Source: Candidatus Bathyarchaeia archaeon (GTDB lineage: Archaea; Thermoproteota; Bathyarchaeia; 40CM-2-53-6). From it: a stretch of DNA of 64,000 nt. Of this stretch, positions 18,789 through 27,867 are shown one piece after another. The translations under genes and the position numbers were made by a program. The stretch covers positions 448,001 to 512,000 of the forward strand of contig JBEKVV010000001.1 of assembly GCA_049513715.1 (NCBI GenBank), given 5' to 3'. Numbering within the stretch: the stretch's first letter is position 1; each line of letters opens with the position of its first letter. Under the pieces are notes generated by a model. It saw only the letters and a list, made by a program, of their open reading frames with translations, was not told where the DNA came from and did no database searches.

Positions 18789-19385
18789 ATGGTTCGCCGA
18801 TTGAGGACTACTATTCTCTATTTTCTCGTCGAGGAGCGTCCTTCACCGAAGAGGAGCAAGCGTGGGCCAGCGTGGCGCGACGAGTGCTGGAATGCGACCT
18901 CTCTGTCCAACCAGAAGAAATTGAATCCGACTTCGGTGCTTAAGGTTGTCAGCAAGTTCCGCGCCTGCGGCCTTCTGGAGCCCGAGCCCTCGTCCGCGAA
19001 GCTGGTTGAAGAACGGCTTGTTCCGACGAGGACAGAGACGAGGTCGAGGCGCACAGTCTCGACTTTTCGGGGAGCCGTTCCATGCCGCCCGACCGAGAAG
19101 GGGCGCAGGCTCGCCAAGATGATGAGGGCCATCGAAGAGAACAAGATGATGCCGGAGGAGTTCTCCGAGGACGAGGACAGAGCGGCCGAGAACGAGAAGA
19201 TCGTTTCCCGCCTCGCAGCAGCAGGCTTCACGCGGGAGGACTACGAGGCCGCCATTGAGTGCGGATTGATCGCTGAGGAGTCGAGGATGTTCAGTCGTCC
19301 GACAGTCGGATTCAGGCAGCCCGGCCTGAGCGCGGCCGACCTCGTGAGCGTCGAAGTCGCCAAGTACCGTCATCGAGTAACGTAG
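18789..19385 (+). CDS. winged-helix DNA-binding protein
   Basis: TSVLKVVSKFRACGLL...PTEKGRRLA wHTH pattern. Confidence 0.55.
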   Translation: MVRRLRTTILYFLVEERPSPKRSKRGPAWRDECWNATSLSNQKKLNPTSVLKVVSKFRACGLLEPEPSSAKLVEERLVPTRTETRSRRTVSTFRGAVPCRPTEKGRRLAKMMRAIEENKMMPEEFSEDEDRAAENEKIVSRLAAAGFTREDYEAAIECGLIAEESRMFSRPTVGFRQPGLSAADLVSVEVAKYRHRVT

Positions 19386-19657
19386 GGTTCGGCCGCCGGT
19401 CCGCCGCCGTCGACCACTGACGTCCGATTCCGCGAGATAATCTGAAAGATCTGAAAGCTAGGCGTGAAGTTCCTCGCACCCGGAGAGCTCAGCCGGATCA
19501 TGTCCGTCATCGACAAGGGACGAAACTCCTACAACCAGCGAACTATCCGGACCAAGGTTCGGCGGTTCAAGCGGAAAAAGAAGCAACCGAAGTAATCATC
19601 GCATTTCCCATCACAGCGGCTCGCGCTTTCTATCTCGGCCGACATTTTTTACCTGAC

Positions 19658-20027
19658 GCGCAATAACGCCGATTCGTTCTAGTCAAGAAAAATGAACTTC
19701 GTGAGCCTGAGAGAAAGTGAAAGTAATGAAAATGTTCGAGTTTGCGCGTAAAATGTTCGAGTTCGAACTTTTTATTCATAGGGGAGCCCTACGTTCCTTG
19801 GCCATGCGAGAATGGTGAAACCCATCATTTCTCGGAACTACGGCTGTTTGAAGGCGTCTTTCACCTCTTTTCGTGTCAGTAGGCGGATTCTGGTGTGTTG
19901 GACGGCAAAATGCCAAGAAATTTGGTGCGTCTGAGCGGTGCCATGGACAAAAAGGGTTCCACAGCACCATTTTGGGCCTGCGTAAAGAGTTCGACTGAGG
20001 GTCAGTGAATTGCGCGTATTTGCGCGC
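19658..20027. repeat. ~370-bp structured non-coding direct repeat, copy 2
   Basis: Colinear with 15302-15673. Confidence 0.92.
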
Positions 20028-20068
20028 TCATTGCGCGTTTGAAACGAACAATGCGTTATCTTGATCCT

Positions 20069-20275
20069 CTACGTTATTTGAGTGCAGAAGAACCCGCGTA
20101 CAAAATTCTCGTCTGCCAGTTCGGATTGCGCCAGACTGCACTTTCGGCATCCTATTGGAATTGAAGGTGCGAAGCTCGATGACAACGAGTACACAACGAG
20201 AGTCTCTCTACCGTAAGAGGGGAACACACCGGAGGAAGGCACGCATTCAGAAGCGTGGACGGACCCAGTGTTCAT
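20069..20275 (-). CDS. small hypothetical protein (CxxC)
   Basis: ATG overlaps the stop of the RHH gene; CRKC. Confidence 0.3.
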   Translation of the reverse strand: MNTGSVHASECVPSSGVFPSYGRETLVVYSLSSSFAPSIPIGCRKCSLAQSELADENFVRGFFCTQIT

Positions 20276-20454
20276 ACCCTTTTGGCGATCCAGAGCCTAA
20301 GCGCCTCCTCTACGGCTCTTTGAATGTCGCCCTTGTGTAATCCAAACTTCTTGAAAACTGTTTCGCGAAACTCATGTTCGAGTGACTCTGATACTGTCAA
20401 GTTGAGTCGCACAGTTCTTTCCTCCCCACCTTTCTTCGCTTTGCCTTTGGCCAT
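20272..20454 (-). CDS. ribbon-helix-helix protein
   Basis: VRLNLTVSESLEHEFR...GDIQRAVEEALRLWI. Confidence 0.85.
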   Translation of the reverse strand: MAKGKAKKGGEERTVRLNLTVSESLEHEFRETVFKKFGLHKGDIQRAVEEALRLWIAKRV

Positions 20455-20624
20455 GTGAGAAACGTATGCACGTATATGGGTATAAGCGTTTGCACGTTCC
20501 AATTCTGTGCTCTTTCCGCGTTGTCGGCCTGTTTTGGAACGGAACTTTGTCCACAATTCTACGCTTGATCATGCTATTTTTGTCTGCTTTAATACTATAC
20601 AAACAGAGCTTTCGGCAATCTCTG

Positions 20625-20813
20625 TTGAGAGAAGAAAGGCAACTCGTCGACTGCGATGGTCGACCTCATGAACGCAAAAGGGGCCGAGAGAAGGAACTTT
20701 TTCAGTGCGAGTGCGGCTGGATGCTCATTCTTGTGCCGCCTCCGCCTCACTGTCTGAACAGGCGTTGCCGAAACTATCGGCCGCCTCAACTTTCCATCTG
20801 GCGAGGCGACTAA
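20625..20813 (+). CDS. small zinc-finger protein
   Basis: CECG...HCLNRRC; TATA-like TTTAATA ~30 bp upstream. Confidence 0.45.
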   Translation: MREERQLVDCDGRPHERKRGREKELFQCECGWMLILVPPPPHCLNRRCRNYRPPQLSIWRGD

Positions 20814-21154
20814 CTTTAGCACAGCTCTACGTTCGAGCAAAGGAGCCTGAAGGTCGATGGCCTCAGAGCTTCAATCGGACAGTCCGGATCGAGGACTCGG
20901 CCGGCCTGGTATTCCAGTCTCGTAGGGTCATCCGAGACCGTGTTCTATTGGCCTCCAGCACCGTTGGGAGGAAGCAGAACGTTGGAGGACGAAAAGGCTA
21001 CGCGGCGAAGTTCGCCGACCGGTTGACAGGCGAGGTCTACGAGGAGGTGTTCTTCGACTCGGGAGACGCGTGTCGGTGGTGCGATGCCTGCGAGCTGGCC
21101 GCCTTGAAGCGGGCCGAGAAGGCCGCCGCAGGGCCAGTCAACTTGAGCGGCTGA
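20705..21154 (+). CDS. hypothetical protein (true start probably near 20810)
   Basis: Open frame between two zinc-finger ORFs on the same strand. Confidence 0.4.
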   Translation: MRVRLDAHSCAASASLSEQALPKLSAASTFHLARRLTLAQLYVRAKEPEGRWPQSFNRTVRIEDSAGLVFQSRRVIRDRVLLASSTVGRKQNVGGRKGYAAKFADRLTGEVYEEVFFDSGDACRWCDACELAALKRAEKAAAGPVNLSG

Positions 21155-21235
21155 AGCAACGCTTTGCCTTCGACATCAGTCGTCATTTTCGTTCGACTCT
21201 GACACCTGCGAAGCTTCTCCGCGCCCCGGTTATCA

Positions 21236-21421
21236 TTGAAACGCATCCTGCGAGGGCACATGCGATGTTCGACGTGCGGCCGCGAAGCGTTTTTGCTGAG
21301 CACCGCACAGCAGTGGAGGCGTGACGACTGGGTCTACACGGAAAAGTTCTACTGCTCTTCGTGCGGAACAATGTATGTTGCAGAGGGCGGCAAGACTTGG
21401 AAACTGCAGGTGGGACAGTGA
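21236..21421 (+). CDS. zinc-ribbon protein
   Basis: CSTCG...FYCSSCG. Confidence 0.65.
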   Translation: MKRILRGHMRCSTCGREAFLLSTAQQWRRDDWVYTEKFYCSSCGTMYVAEGGKTWKLQVGQ

Positions 21422-21467
21422 ATCGGCCACCTGTTCGCGGAAGCCGTGAGAGCCGGTTGCCTCTTCG

Positions 21468-22403
21468 TCACAAGCTCACATCGTCTCTCGTCAAGATACT
21501 TCCGCGTTCCACGGAACGCTTCGCCCGAAGAGTGAGTATGCCCTCCTGCAGGGCAAGAGCGGAGAGCGACGCACGCCGCGGGCCGTTTTGCTTTCTCAAG
21601 AACTCCATGATGACTGAGCGCACGATCTTCTCGAACCACGCGGTGCCTGGCGTCACTGTCTCGCGGCCGTCCTCGTAGTGCGTGACGAACCTTTCTGAGG
21701 CCTGGTCTGCCACTGTTGACGCCAATGAAAGGGGCTTGCCTCCGTGGGTGAATCCTGACCTGGACTCGTAGCATTGTCGCAGAAGTTCCGGGAACTTTGG
21801 GTCGTCCCTTTCGGATGCGAGTTCTTGGGGGAGGTGGGAGGAGATGAAGTGGGAGAGCTTCAGGAAGTGTCCTTCGCCCGTCTCAAAGGTGTTTGACAGG
21901 CACTCGACCGCCGTGACCAGCATGAACATGGCGAGCGTGGGGTTGTCTTCGGTCAGCGAGACCGCGACCCGGTACGCTTCGCAAGCGCGAAGGCACTGCT
22001 GCGCGTCCTTGTCGTTCAAGGAGCAGAGGCCGTTGAAAAGCGGGTTCAGTTCCGAGTCGGACTCAATCGGGCTTTTCCTTTGCCTGTGCTGTCTTCGTTG
22101 CAGAGTGATGTTGACGGTGTTGATCTTGGCCGAGTCGAACTCGATTTTCGCTCCGAATGCTAAGGAAAGCCACGCTAGGATGTACTGGGCTTCCCTTTCA
22201 GGGTTTGATGCGATCTGATCCTTCTCCCAAACGTCGGGGAATTCGAGCAGCATGTCTTCGCCGCTAGGGCTGAACGGGTCCCTCTTGGAGGGCAGAGTTG
22301 TGATCCGGTACTTGTCAAACTTGATCTCGGCTAGGTTGGGAGAGACCTCCCTTCCGCAGCTGAAGCGAACCGCAACGCGGTGGACTTCGCGCTCTTCTTT
22401 CAT
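21468..22403 (-). CDS. HEPN domain protein (ApeA/MauJ-like)
   Basis: LVTAVECL and YESRSGFTHGG (RxxxxH). Confidence 0.75.
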   Translation of the reverse strand: MKEEREVHRVAVRFSCGREVSPNLAEIKFDKYRITTLPSKRDPFSPSGEDMLLEFPDVWEKDQIASNPEREAQYILAWLSLAFGAKIEFDSAKINTVNITLQRRQHRQRKSPIESDSELNPLFNGLCSLNDKDAQQCLRACEAYRVAVSLTEDNPTLAMFMLVTAVECLSNTFETGEGHFLKLSHFISSHLPQELASERDDPKFPELLRQCYESRSGFTHGGKPLSLASTVADQASERFVTHYEDGRETVTPGTAWFEKIVRSVIMEFLRKQNGPRRASLSALALQEGILTLRAKRSVERGSILTRDDVSL

Positions 22404-22468
22404 GCGTGGAGAAGTGTGGGCACGGCTCTTATCTGAACTTCGCAAATGGGGCACACGGACATTGGGAT

Positions 22469-22488
22469 GCGTTTTCCCGGGAAAACGC
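22469..22488. repeat. palindrome GCGTTTTC-N4-GAAAACGC, copy 1
   Basis: GCGTTTTCCCGGGAAAACGC. Confidence 0.8.
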
Positions 22489-22508
22489 GGTAGACGGAAA
22501 GCCCTGGT

Positions 22509-22871
22509 CTATGGTTCGATACTCTTTCTCGCAATTTCGCCAATGGCGGGGACGATTGCCCAAATCAACCACACAAAGACGGCGATTCCCGACCCCAAGG
22601 TGAGTGTCGACAAGCTGAGCCAGACATTTCCCGTTAGAACTAACAGTACGGCGGCCGCCAGAATCGTCCCCAGTAAGAGCGGAGTGAAAACGTACCATGT
22701 CCAAAGCATGAGTACCTTCTTGCCCATTAAACCGAAGGCGGGTTCTCGGATCTTACGCCCGACTCTTCTCACAAATCTGACCGCAAACAGAACTACATTG
22801 ATTGCCCAGAAGAGAAGTGACAGCGCTCCCAACGTGGAAACGATTTCATCCAATTGTGAACTCGCGACCAA
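22509..22871 (-). CDS. small membrane protein (3 TM)
   Basis: Three hydrophobic stretches. Confidence 0.6.
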   Translation of the reverse strand: MVASSQLDEIVSTLGALSLLFWAINVVLFAVRFVRRVGRKIREPAFGLMGKKVLMLWTWYVFTPLLLGTILAAAVLLVLTGNVWLSLSTLTLGSGIAVFVWLIWAIVPAIGEIARKSIEP

Positions 22872-22919
22872 GAGCCGGTAATCCTGCCTATAGACATTTT
22901 GAGTTTTCCGGCGGGAAAG

Positions 22920-22939
22920 GCGTTTTCTCAGGAAAACGC
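22920..22939. repeat. palindrome GCGTTTTC-N4-GAAAACGC, copy 2
   Basis: GCGTTTTCTCAGGAAAACGC. Confidence 0.8.
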
Positions 22940-23039
22940 GCTCCGCAGAAAGGCTTGGCAGGGCATCCGGGTGCCTTGCGTTATTATCGGTTCACTAGGC
23001 GAACTAACCCGTTCCTTAAATTCGCAGCGAAAGGTGAGG

Positions 23040-23474
23040 GTGAGAGCCTTGACAGGCGAACCGACCAGGGCATTCAGCCAAAAGGCCGACCTACTTGAGG
23101 TCTTCCGCTGGGAGCCGTCTACATATTTCACCAATCTGCAGGCAGAGGTAGCCGAGGAGATAGTCCTCTTCCTTCGCAACAACGGAAAGGACACAGGGCA
23201 GGAAACATACACGCACTGGAGGAGCGGCGATGTGTGGAGACTCGTCAGGGTTTCCCGCGCAGCGTTCCACAAGTTTGCTGAGTCGCAGAAGCTGTGCAGC
23301 TCACGGTACGTCTGGAAGGTCATGAGAAAGCTGGTGGCCCTCGGCTACGTTCGAGTGTTCACTCTGAAAGGGCAGAAGGGCTACGGCCTCGTTGTCAACG
23401 CCATGAAGCGGCACAAGGTGTCCGCGAGCCGCTACGAAAAGTTCATGGCACCATTGAGAAAAACGGCGAGTTGA
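23040..23474 (+). CDS. winged-helix DNA-binding protein
   Basis: SRYVWKVMRKLVALGYVRV...GYGL wHTH pattern; AGGTGAGG before GTG. Confidence 0.55.
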   Translation: MRALTGEPTRAFSQKADLLEVFRWEPSTYFTNLQAEVAEEIVLFLRNNGKDTGQETYTHWRSGDVWRLVRVSRAAFHKFAESQKLCSSRYVWKVMRKLVALGYVRVFTLKGQKGYGLVVNAMKRHKVSASRYEKFMAPLRKTAS

Positions 23475-23916
23475 ACACAGCGGACTCACGCAAGTCCCCA
23501 AGTTTGGTCTGATAATCGCTGAAATCGCATTCCATGAAGACTTTGGTCACTCCTTCAACCGGCTGGAATCTGATGAATGCTGTCCCTGTCAGAGGGATGC
23601 TTGACATTTTATTTGGAGCCGGGAGAGAGCGCTGTACTCAAGGTTCAAAGCTTTTAGCAACTCTCTTTCAGCTGCCTTACGATGCCTTCCTAACGAGATT
23701 CGAACAGTGGTAGCCCGGTGGGAAAACCGACTGTGGTGTTCGAATCTCACAGGTTCAGATCTAAACGCCATGACTAACTAACAACCACAGCCTATACTGT
23801 TGCACTTGCTGATTTTTGTTTTGTGTTTCGAAAGTGGCTATGGCTCGCTTATTACATCGGGGAGATGGCGAATAGTTCTCATTGCCCACTGCTGAACTGA
23901 CAATGCATCGTTTCCC

Positions 23917-24105
23917 AGACCTTAGTACTGTGTGGATTTCAATCAGTCTCTTGCACAGTTCCACTGGAAACATTGCTGGATGGTGAAACCGGTTCTCTTT
24001 AGTGGTTTTGGCAATATCCCAAATGCTGATCGAGTACCTGCTCTATGCTCGACCATCCAACTCGTTGAGCCGTCCCTTCCTCTCTTTCGGTGGTGCGTCT
24101 GGCAA
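23917..24105 (-). pseudogene. N-terminal fragment of an N4/N6 DNA methyltransferase with an internal stop
   Basis: RLNELDGRA*SRYSISIWDI...HPAMFPVELCKRLIE; TAG at a normally Trp position; truncated before FxGxG. Confidence 0.75.
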
Positions 24106-24399
24106 GTTACTAATTAGCCCTTCGTTCTGAATTATTGCGATGAGCGCAATCCTCTATGAAGATCGAGATTTCCAGCTTTCCGGCAGGGCCATCGTATTTT
24201 TAGGCTATTTAGAGCGGCTGTGCTTCTGTTCGTTACTTTCAGACAGTGCGGAACCCATTGGAGTATTTTTCGAAATCTGGGGTAGCGTTGATTAGTCTGG
24301 CATTGATGAGAGATAGTAACGTGACTTACTGGGCAAAAAAAGGCTTTCTTCTCAACGCAATTTATGAAGGCGATCTAGGTCAACTCAGGCGAATCGGCT

Positions 24400-24978
24400 T
24401 TGCCTAGCTGGTGGGATTTTGCCTACCGTTTCGGAGCTCCCTGGGATTCCGGAAGACCACCAGATGAGCTGAAAGGGCTTGTTGAAGGAGGCCGTTTGAA
24501 GGATGGCAAAGTCCTTGACATTGGCTGCGGGACTGGAACCAGCGTCCTCTACCTTGCCAAGAGAGGCTTTCAAGCCTTCGGCGTGGATGCCTCAAGAGTA
24601 GCGATTAGGAAGGCAGTCGCGAAAGCAGAGCGGCAGAGCGTGAAGTGTTCCTTCTACTTGCTGGATTTTACAGACACCGAAGCCGTATCAAAAGCGCTTT
24701 CCGCTTTCGACATTTTGTTAGATGTTGGATGCTTCCATAGCCTATCAACGCAAAATAGGGAAAGATATGTTGACTCGCTTATGGTCGTCTCGCGTCCTAA
24801 CAGCATCTACCTACTATGGTTCTTTATTCCCGGTTCGGGCTGGAGCTACGGCCCACCGGGCGTTAGCGAAGAGGAAGTTGAGGGAGCATTTTCCAAGCAG
24901 TTCAACGTAGTTGAGAAGCACCCGGTCGACACAGCATTCAGGCCCATGCACTTCTACATGATGCTGAGACGCCCCTAG
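24400..24978 (+). CDS. class I SAM-dependent methyltransferase (TPMT/TehB-like)
   Basis: PWDSGRPP, VLDIGCGTG, DVGCFH. Confidence 0.9.
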   Translation: MPSWWDFAYRFGAPWDSGRPPDELKGLVEGGRLKDGKVLDIGCGTGTSVLYLAKRGFQAFGVDASRVAIRKAVAKAERQSVKCSFYLLDFTDTEAVSKALSAFDILLDVGCFHSLSTQNRERYVDSLMVVSRPNSIYLLWFFIPGSGWSYGPPGVSEEEVEGAFSKQFNVVEKHPVDTAFRPMHFYMMLRRP

Positions 24979-25110
24979 GACCAAAGCGTAAAGGAGAGGA
25001 TTCGAATCTGCCGGAGGAGGATATGGATCACGAGGAGATGTTCGGTGATCCCATTGCCTACGTGATGCTGAACAGGCTGGCGTCGAGGTCTGCGCGACGA
25101 ATCGTTTTGT

Positions 25111-25350
25111 CTATGTCCGCGCGCCATGGGAGTTGGGGTACCGTGTGTCTTCAGGTCTGATGATTCTGGTCTGTTTACCATCGTACTCATAGGGATCCAT
25201 CCTCAAAAGGCCATGGAGTAGTGCGTAATCGTCCTTCAGCACTAATCCCATTTGTTCTCTGAACCGATCGGCAAGTGCAAAGATGAACTCTCTGGCTAAG
25301 GCATCGCTCCCTTTAAGAGTTAACAATCTACGTTTGAATAGCTGAGTCAT
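25111..25350 (-). CDS. small hypothetical protein or fragment
   Basis: AREFIFALADRFREQ...RMDPYEYDG; start uncertain. Confidence 0.35.
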   Translation of the reverse strand: MTQLFKRRLLTLKGSDALAREFIFALADRFREQMGLVLKDDYALLHGLLRMDPYEYDGKQTRIIRPEDTRYPNSHGART

Positions 25351-25372
25351 CAAGTAGGGTTGACGAAGAACG

Positions 25373-26464
25373 ATGTTTACGCTCGAAACGACAAAGGATG
25401 TAGAGGATCTGATTGTGGGAACGACGATCTTTGGCACTGGCGGAGGAGGAAGTCCACAGACAGGAAAAGCCACTCTCGAATCGGATCTGAAGGCCGGAAG
25501 AAAGCTTCGCGTCGCGAGTCTAGACGAGATCTCTGACGAAGCTCTCGTCGTCAGCCCCTACTATGTGGGATCCGTTGCTCCAGACGTGAAGCCAAGCAAG
25601 AGAATAACAATCTCGGAACCTTTCAGTGTTGGCCTTGCGTCAATTGAGCGGCATTTCAAACGTAAGGTAGCAGCAACAGTTGCCACTGAGCTCGGTGGAA
25701 GCAATACTGCCGCAGCATTACACGTGGCGGCTCAATTGGATATCCCAATCATAGACGGTGATCTGATGGGCAGAGCGGGACCCGAACTTCACCAGAGCAC
25801 AGCACACGTCTTCAATGTACCTATGGCTCCGGCGGTCGTTGTGAGCGAGACCGGCGATGTTGTCTTCATCGAACGCTATGCCGACATCGACGATTACGAA
25901 GCTTTGGCACGCTATGTTTCCGTGCTGGCTGGTGGAATCGCCGCAGTGGTCGATACGCCTCTAACAAAAACCACGGCCGAGAAAATTGTTATCCCAGGCA
26001 CAATTTCCAAATCGCTGACGGTTGGGGGGGCGGTGGGGAAAGCGAACCGAACAGGTAAGGATCCGATAGAAGAGGTAAGAAACATTGTTGGCGGGTGGTT
26101 GCTGTTCCGAGGCGTTGTTCAGAGATATGAGTGGCGAAACGAGAAAGGCTTCTTGTTTGGCGATGTCACTTTAAGCGGAACAGGCGAATCCCGAGGTCAT
26201 GATTTTCGGTCATGGATCAAAAACGAACATATTTTCGCTTGGCGAGACGCGAAGCCTATAGTAATGCCGCCAGATCTCATAATGTTCCTGGACAGTCGAG
26301 GTTTTGGAGTGACAAACGATGCTCTCAAAGTTGGAATGGAAGTGTCTGTTCTAGCAGCAAAGGCACCTGAGGTGTGGCGGTTGGAGAGAGGGATTGAGTT
26401 CTTTGGTCCTAGACACTTCGGGCTTGACTACGATTATGTTCCAGTAGAGATTTTGGTAAAGTAA
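25373..26464 (+). CDS. DUF917 family protein
   Basis: GTGGGG, ELGGSN, DGDLMGRAGPE, KNEH, PPDLI, FGPRHFG. Confidence 0.9.
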   Translation: MFTLETTKDVEDLIVGTTIFGTGGGGSPQTGKATLESDLKAGRKLRVASLDEISDEALVVSPYYVGSVAPDVKPSKRITISEPFSVGLASIERHFKRKVAATVATELGGSNTAAALHVAAQLDIPIIDGDLMGRAGPELHQSTAHVFNVPMAPAVVVSETGDVVFIERYADIDDYEALARYVSVLAGGIAAVVDTPLTKTTAEKIVIPGTISKSLTVGGAVGKANRTGKDPIEEVRNIVGGWLLFRGVVQRYEWRNEKGFLFGDVTLSGTGESRGHDFRSWIKNEHIFAWRDAKPIVMPPDLIMFLDSRGFGVTNDALKVGMEVSVLAAKAPEVWRLERGIEFFGPRHFGLDYDYVPVEILVK

Positions 26465-26759
26465 AAAACTCGCGAACCTACTGAGACATCGAAAGTCTTA
26501 TAGTTTCACCGCGAGAGCGCAGCCTCGGAACCTTTAGCGCTAAGGGTATTCCTAATCGTAATGATATGATCCGTCCGGAGAAAGAATCCGCAGTCATGAA
26601 CGTCTGGGATAACCAAATCCACCTTTCGGACATGAAGCTTCATTGCAGCCACCTGGGAATCACTCCAACCTGGCACTTGGTGGAAATTCGCTTAGACTTA
26701 CTCTTTGTAGACTAAAACTCATACGTGTTTGCGTCCTTTCCACGTGCTTAGTGGATCGC

Positions 26760-27491
26760 ATGAAGAATCCTGTGACTTCCAAAGTCTTCTTGATTGGTCT
26801 TTTGTTGCTTTCAATCACCGCCACTAGAAGTCAAATTGGCGCAGCAAATCCTACCGCAACTCAAATCGGAGCAGCTTCCAAGTCCCATACGACTGGTGGG
26901 CCACATGTACCCCAGAGCGCAACTTTGACCACCGCAACGCAGAGTTCTCAGTCCTCCGACACACATAGCAACCATGGCAGGCAGAGTGGGGTTCCACCTG
27001 GTCTCGTCAACGCGTGGGCGCATTCAAACATGAGCGTGGTCGCAAGAGCGGTAACCCATGCAATCTTCCTGAATGGAACGCACGGCGTAGAGTTAGCTGA
27101 AATCGCAATCAACGCCAGCTCGAACGGACAAATGATCCGGGACGTAGCATTCAACGAAAGCGTCGTTCAAGTTGACCTCGACCACGATGGGAGAGTCGAG
27201 CTCAGTGTCAACTCGTCTGCGAAACCAACCGCCGTCTTTGCGGATGACAATGAACTCTCAGAATCCCAATCCGATGCGGGCTTGACAGTCAACAGCAATA
27301 CGTGGGTATATGACCAAAACAGTCACACGTTGACCGTGTTCGCTGACCCTTCATCTATCACAATATTCTATGGCTCAGCGCCAACACCGGTTCCGGAATC
27401 CCCCTTCGCGTCCATAGCTTTCCTGTTGATCGCTGCCATAGCAGGAGCAGCCCTCGTCGCTCGGAAGAAAGTCAGAAAGTTCGTCAAGTAA
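26760..27491 (+). CDS. secreted surface protein with PEF-CTERM-like sorting signal
   Basis: Signal peptide; C-terminal PVPESP + TM helix + RKKVRK. Confidence 0.7.
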   Translation: MKNPVTSKVFLIGLLLLSITATRSQIGAANPTATQIGAASKSHTTGGPHVPQSATLTTATQSSQSSDTHSNHGRQSGVPPGLVNAWAHSNMSVVARAVTHAIFLNGTHGVELAEIAINASSNGQMIRDVAFNESVVQVDLDHDGRVELSVNSSAKPTAVFADDNELSESQSDAGLTVNSNTWVYDQNSHTLTVFADPSSITIFYGSAPTPVPESPFASIAFLLIAAIAGAALVARKKVRKFVK

Positions 27492-27867
27492 ACTAAGAGT
27501 AGAAGGCGAAACGGATCTTTTTCTTAGCTTCCCGTTTTTTCCGTTCGATACTCATTCAAAGTTGGGTGTGACGAAGAATTATGGTGATGAAAGTCTCTAC
27601 CACCACGGTGATTGGAACGTTTCCTAGGAAATTACCAAGGAAACATTTCCCTCGAATTAGCATAATTATTGAGTAATGTATTGACAAATGGCGGTATATG
27701 CAACTAACTAATGTGCTCGACCTGTTGTCTAGGTGGCAACCTTCTTTTGCCCTCGAGTTCAGCTGCTAGCATATGCCGATCGGCCAGGGAAACGTGGACA
27801 TTCCTTCCGTGATAAGATGTCTTAGAGAAATCGGCTATGACGACAGAGGATTACCGGGATGGTGCAC

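Noticed and set aside
15302..20027. 370-bp repeat pair as DGR template/variable repeats
   Set aside because: Differences are not adenine-specific, neither copy lies in a gene 3' end, and no reverse transcriptase is present
23695..23760. tRNA gene (GTTCGAATC motif)
   Set aside because: The motif is one arm of a long hairpin; no cloverleaf can be built
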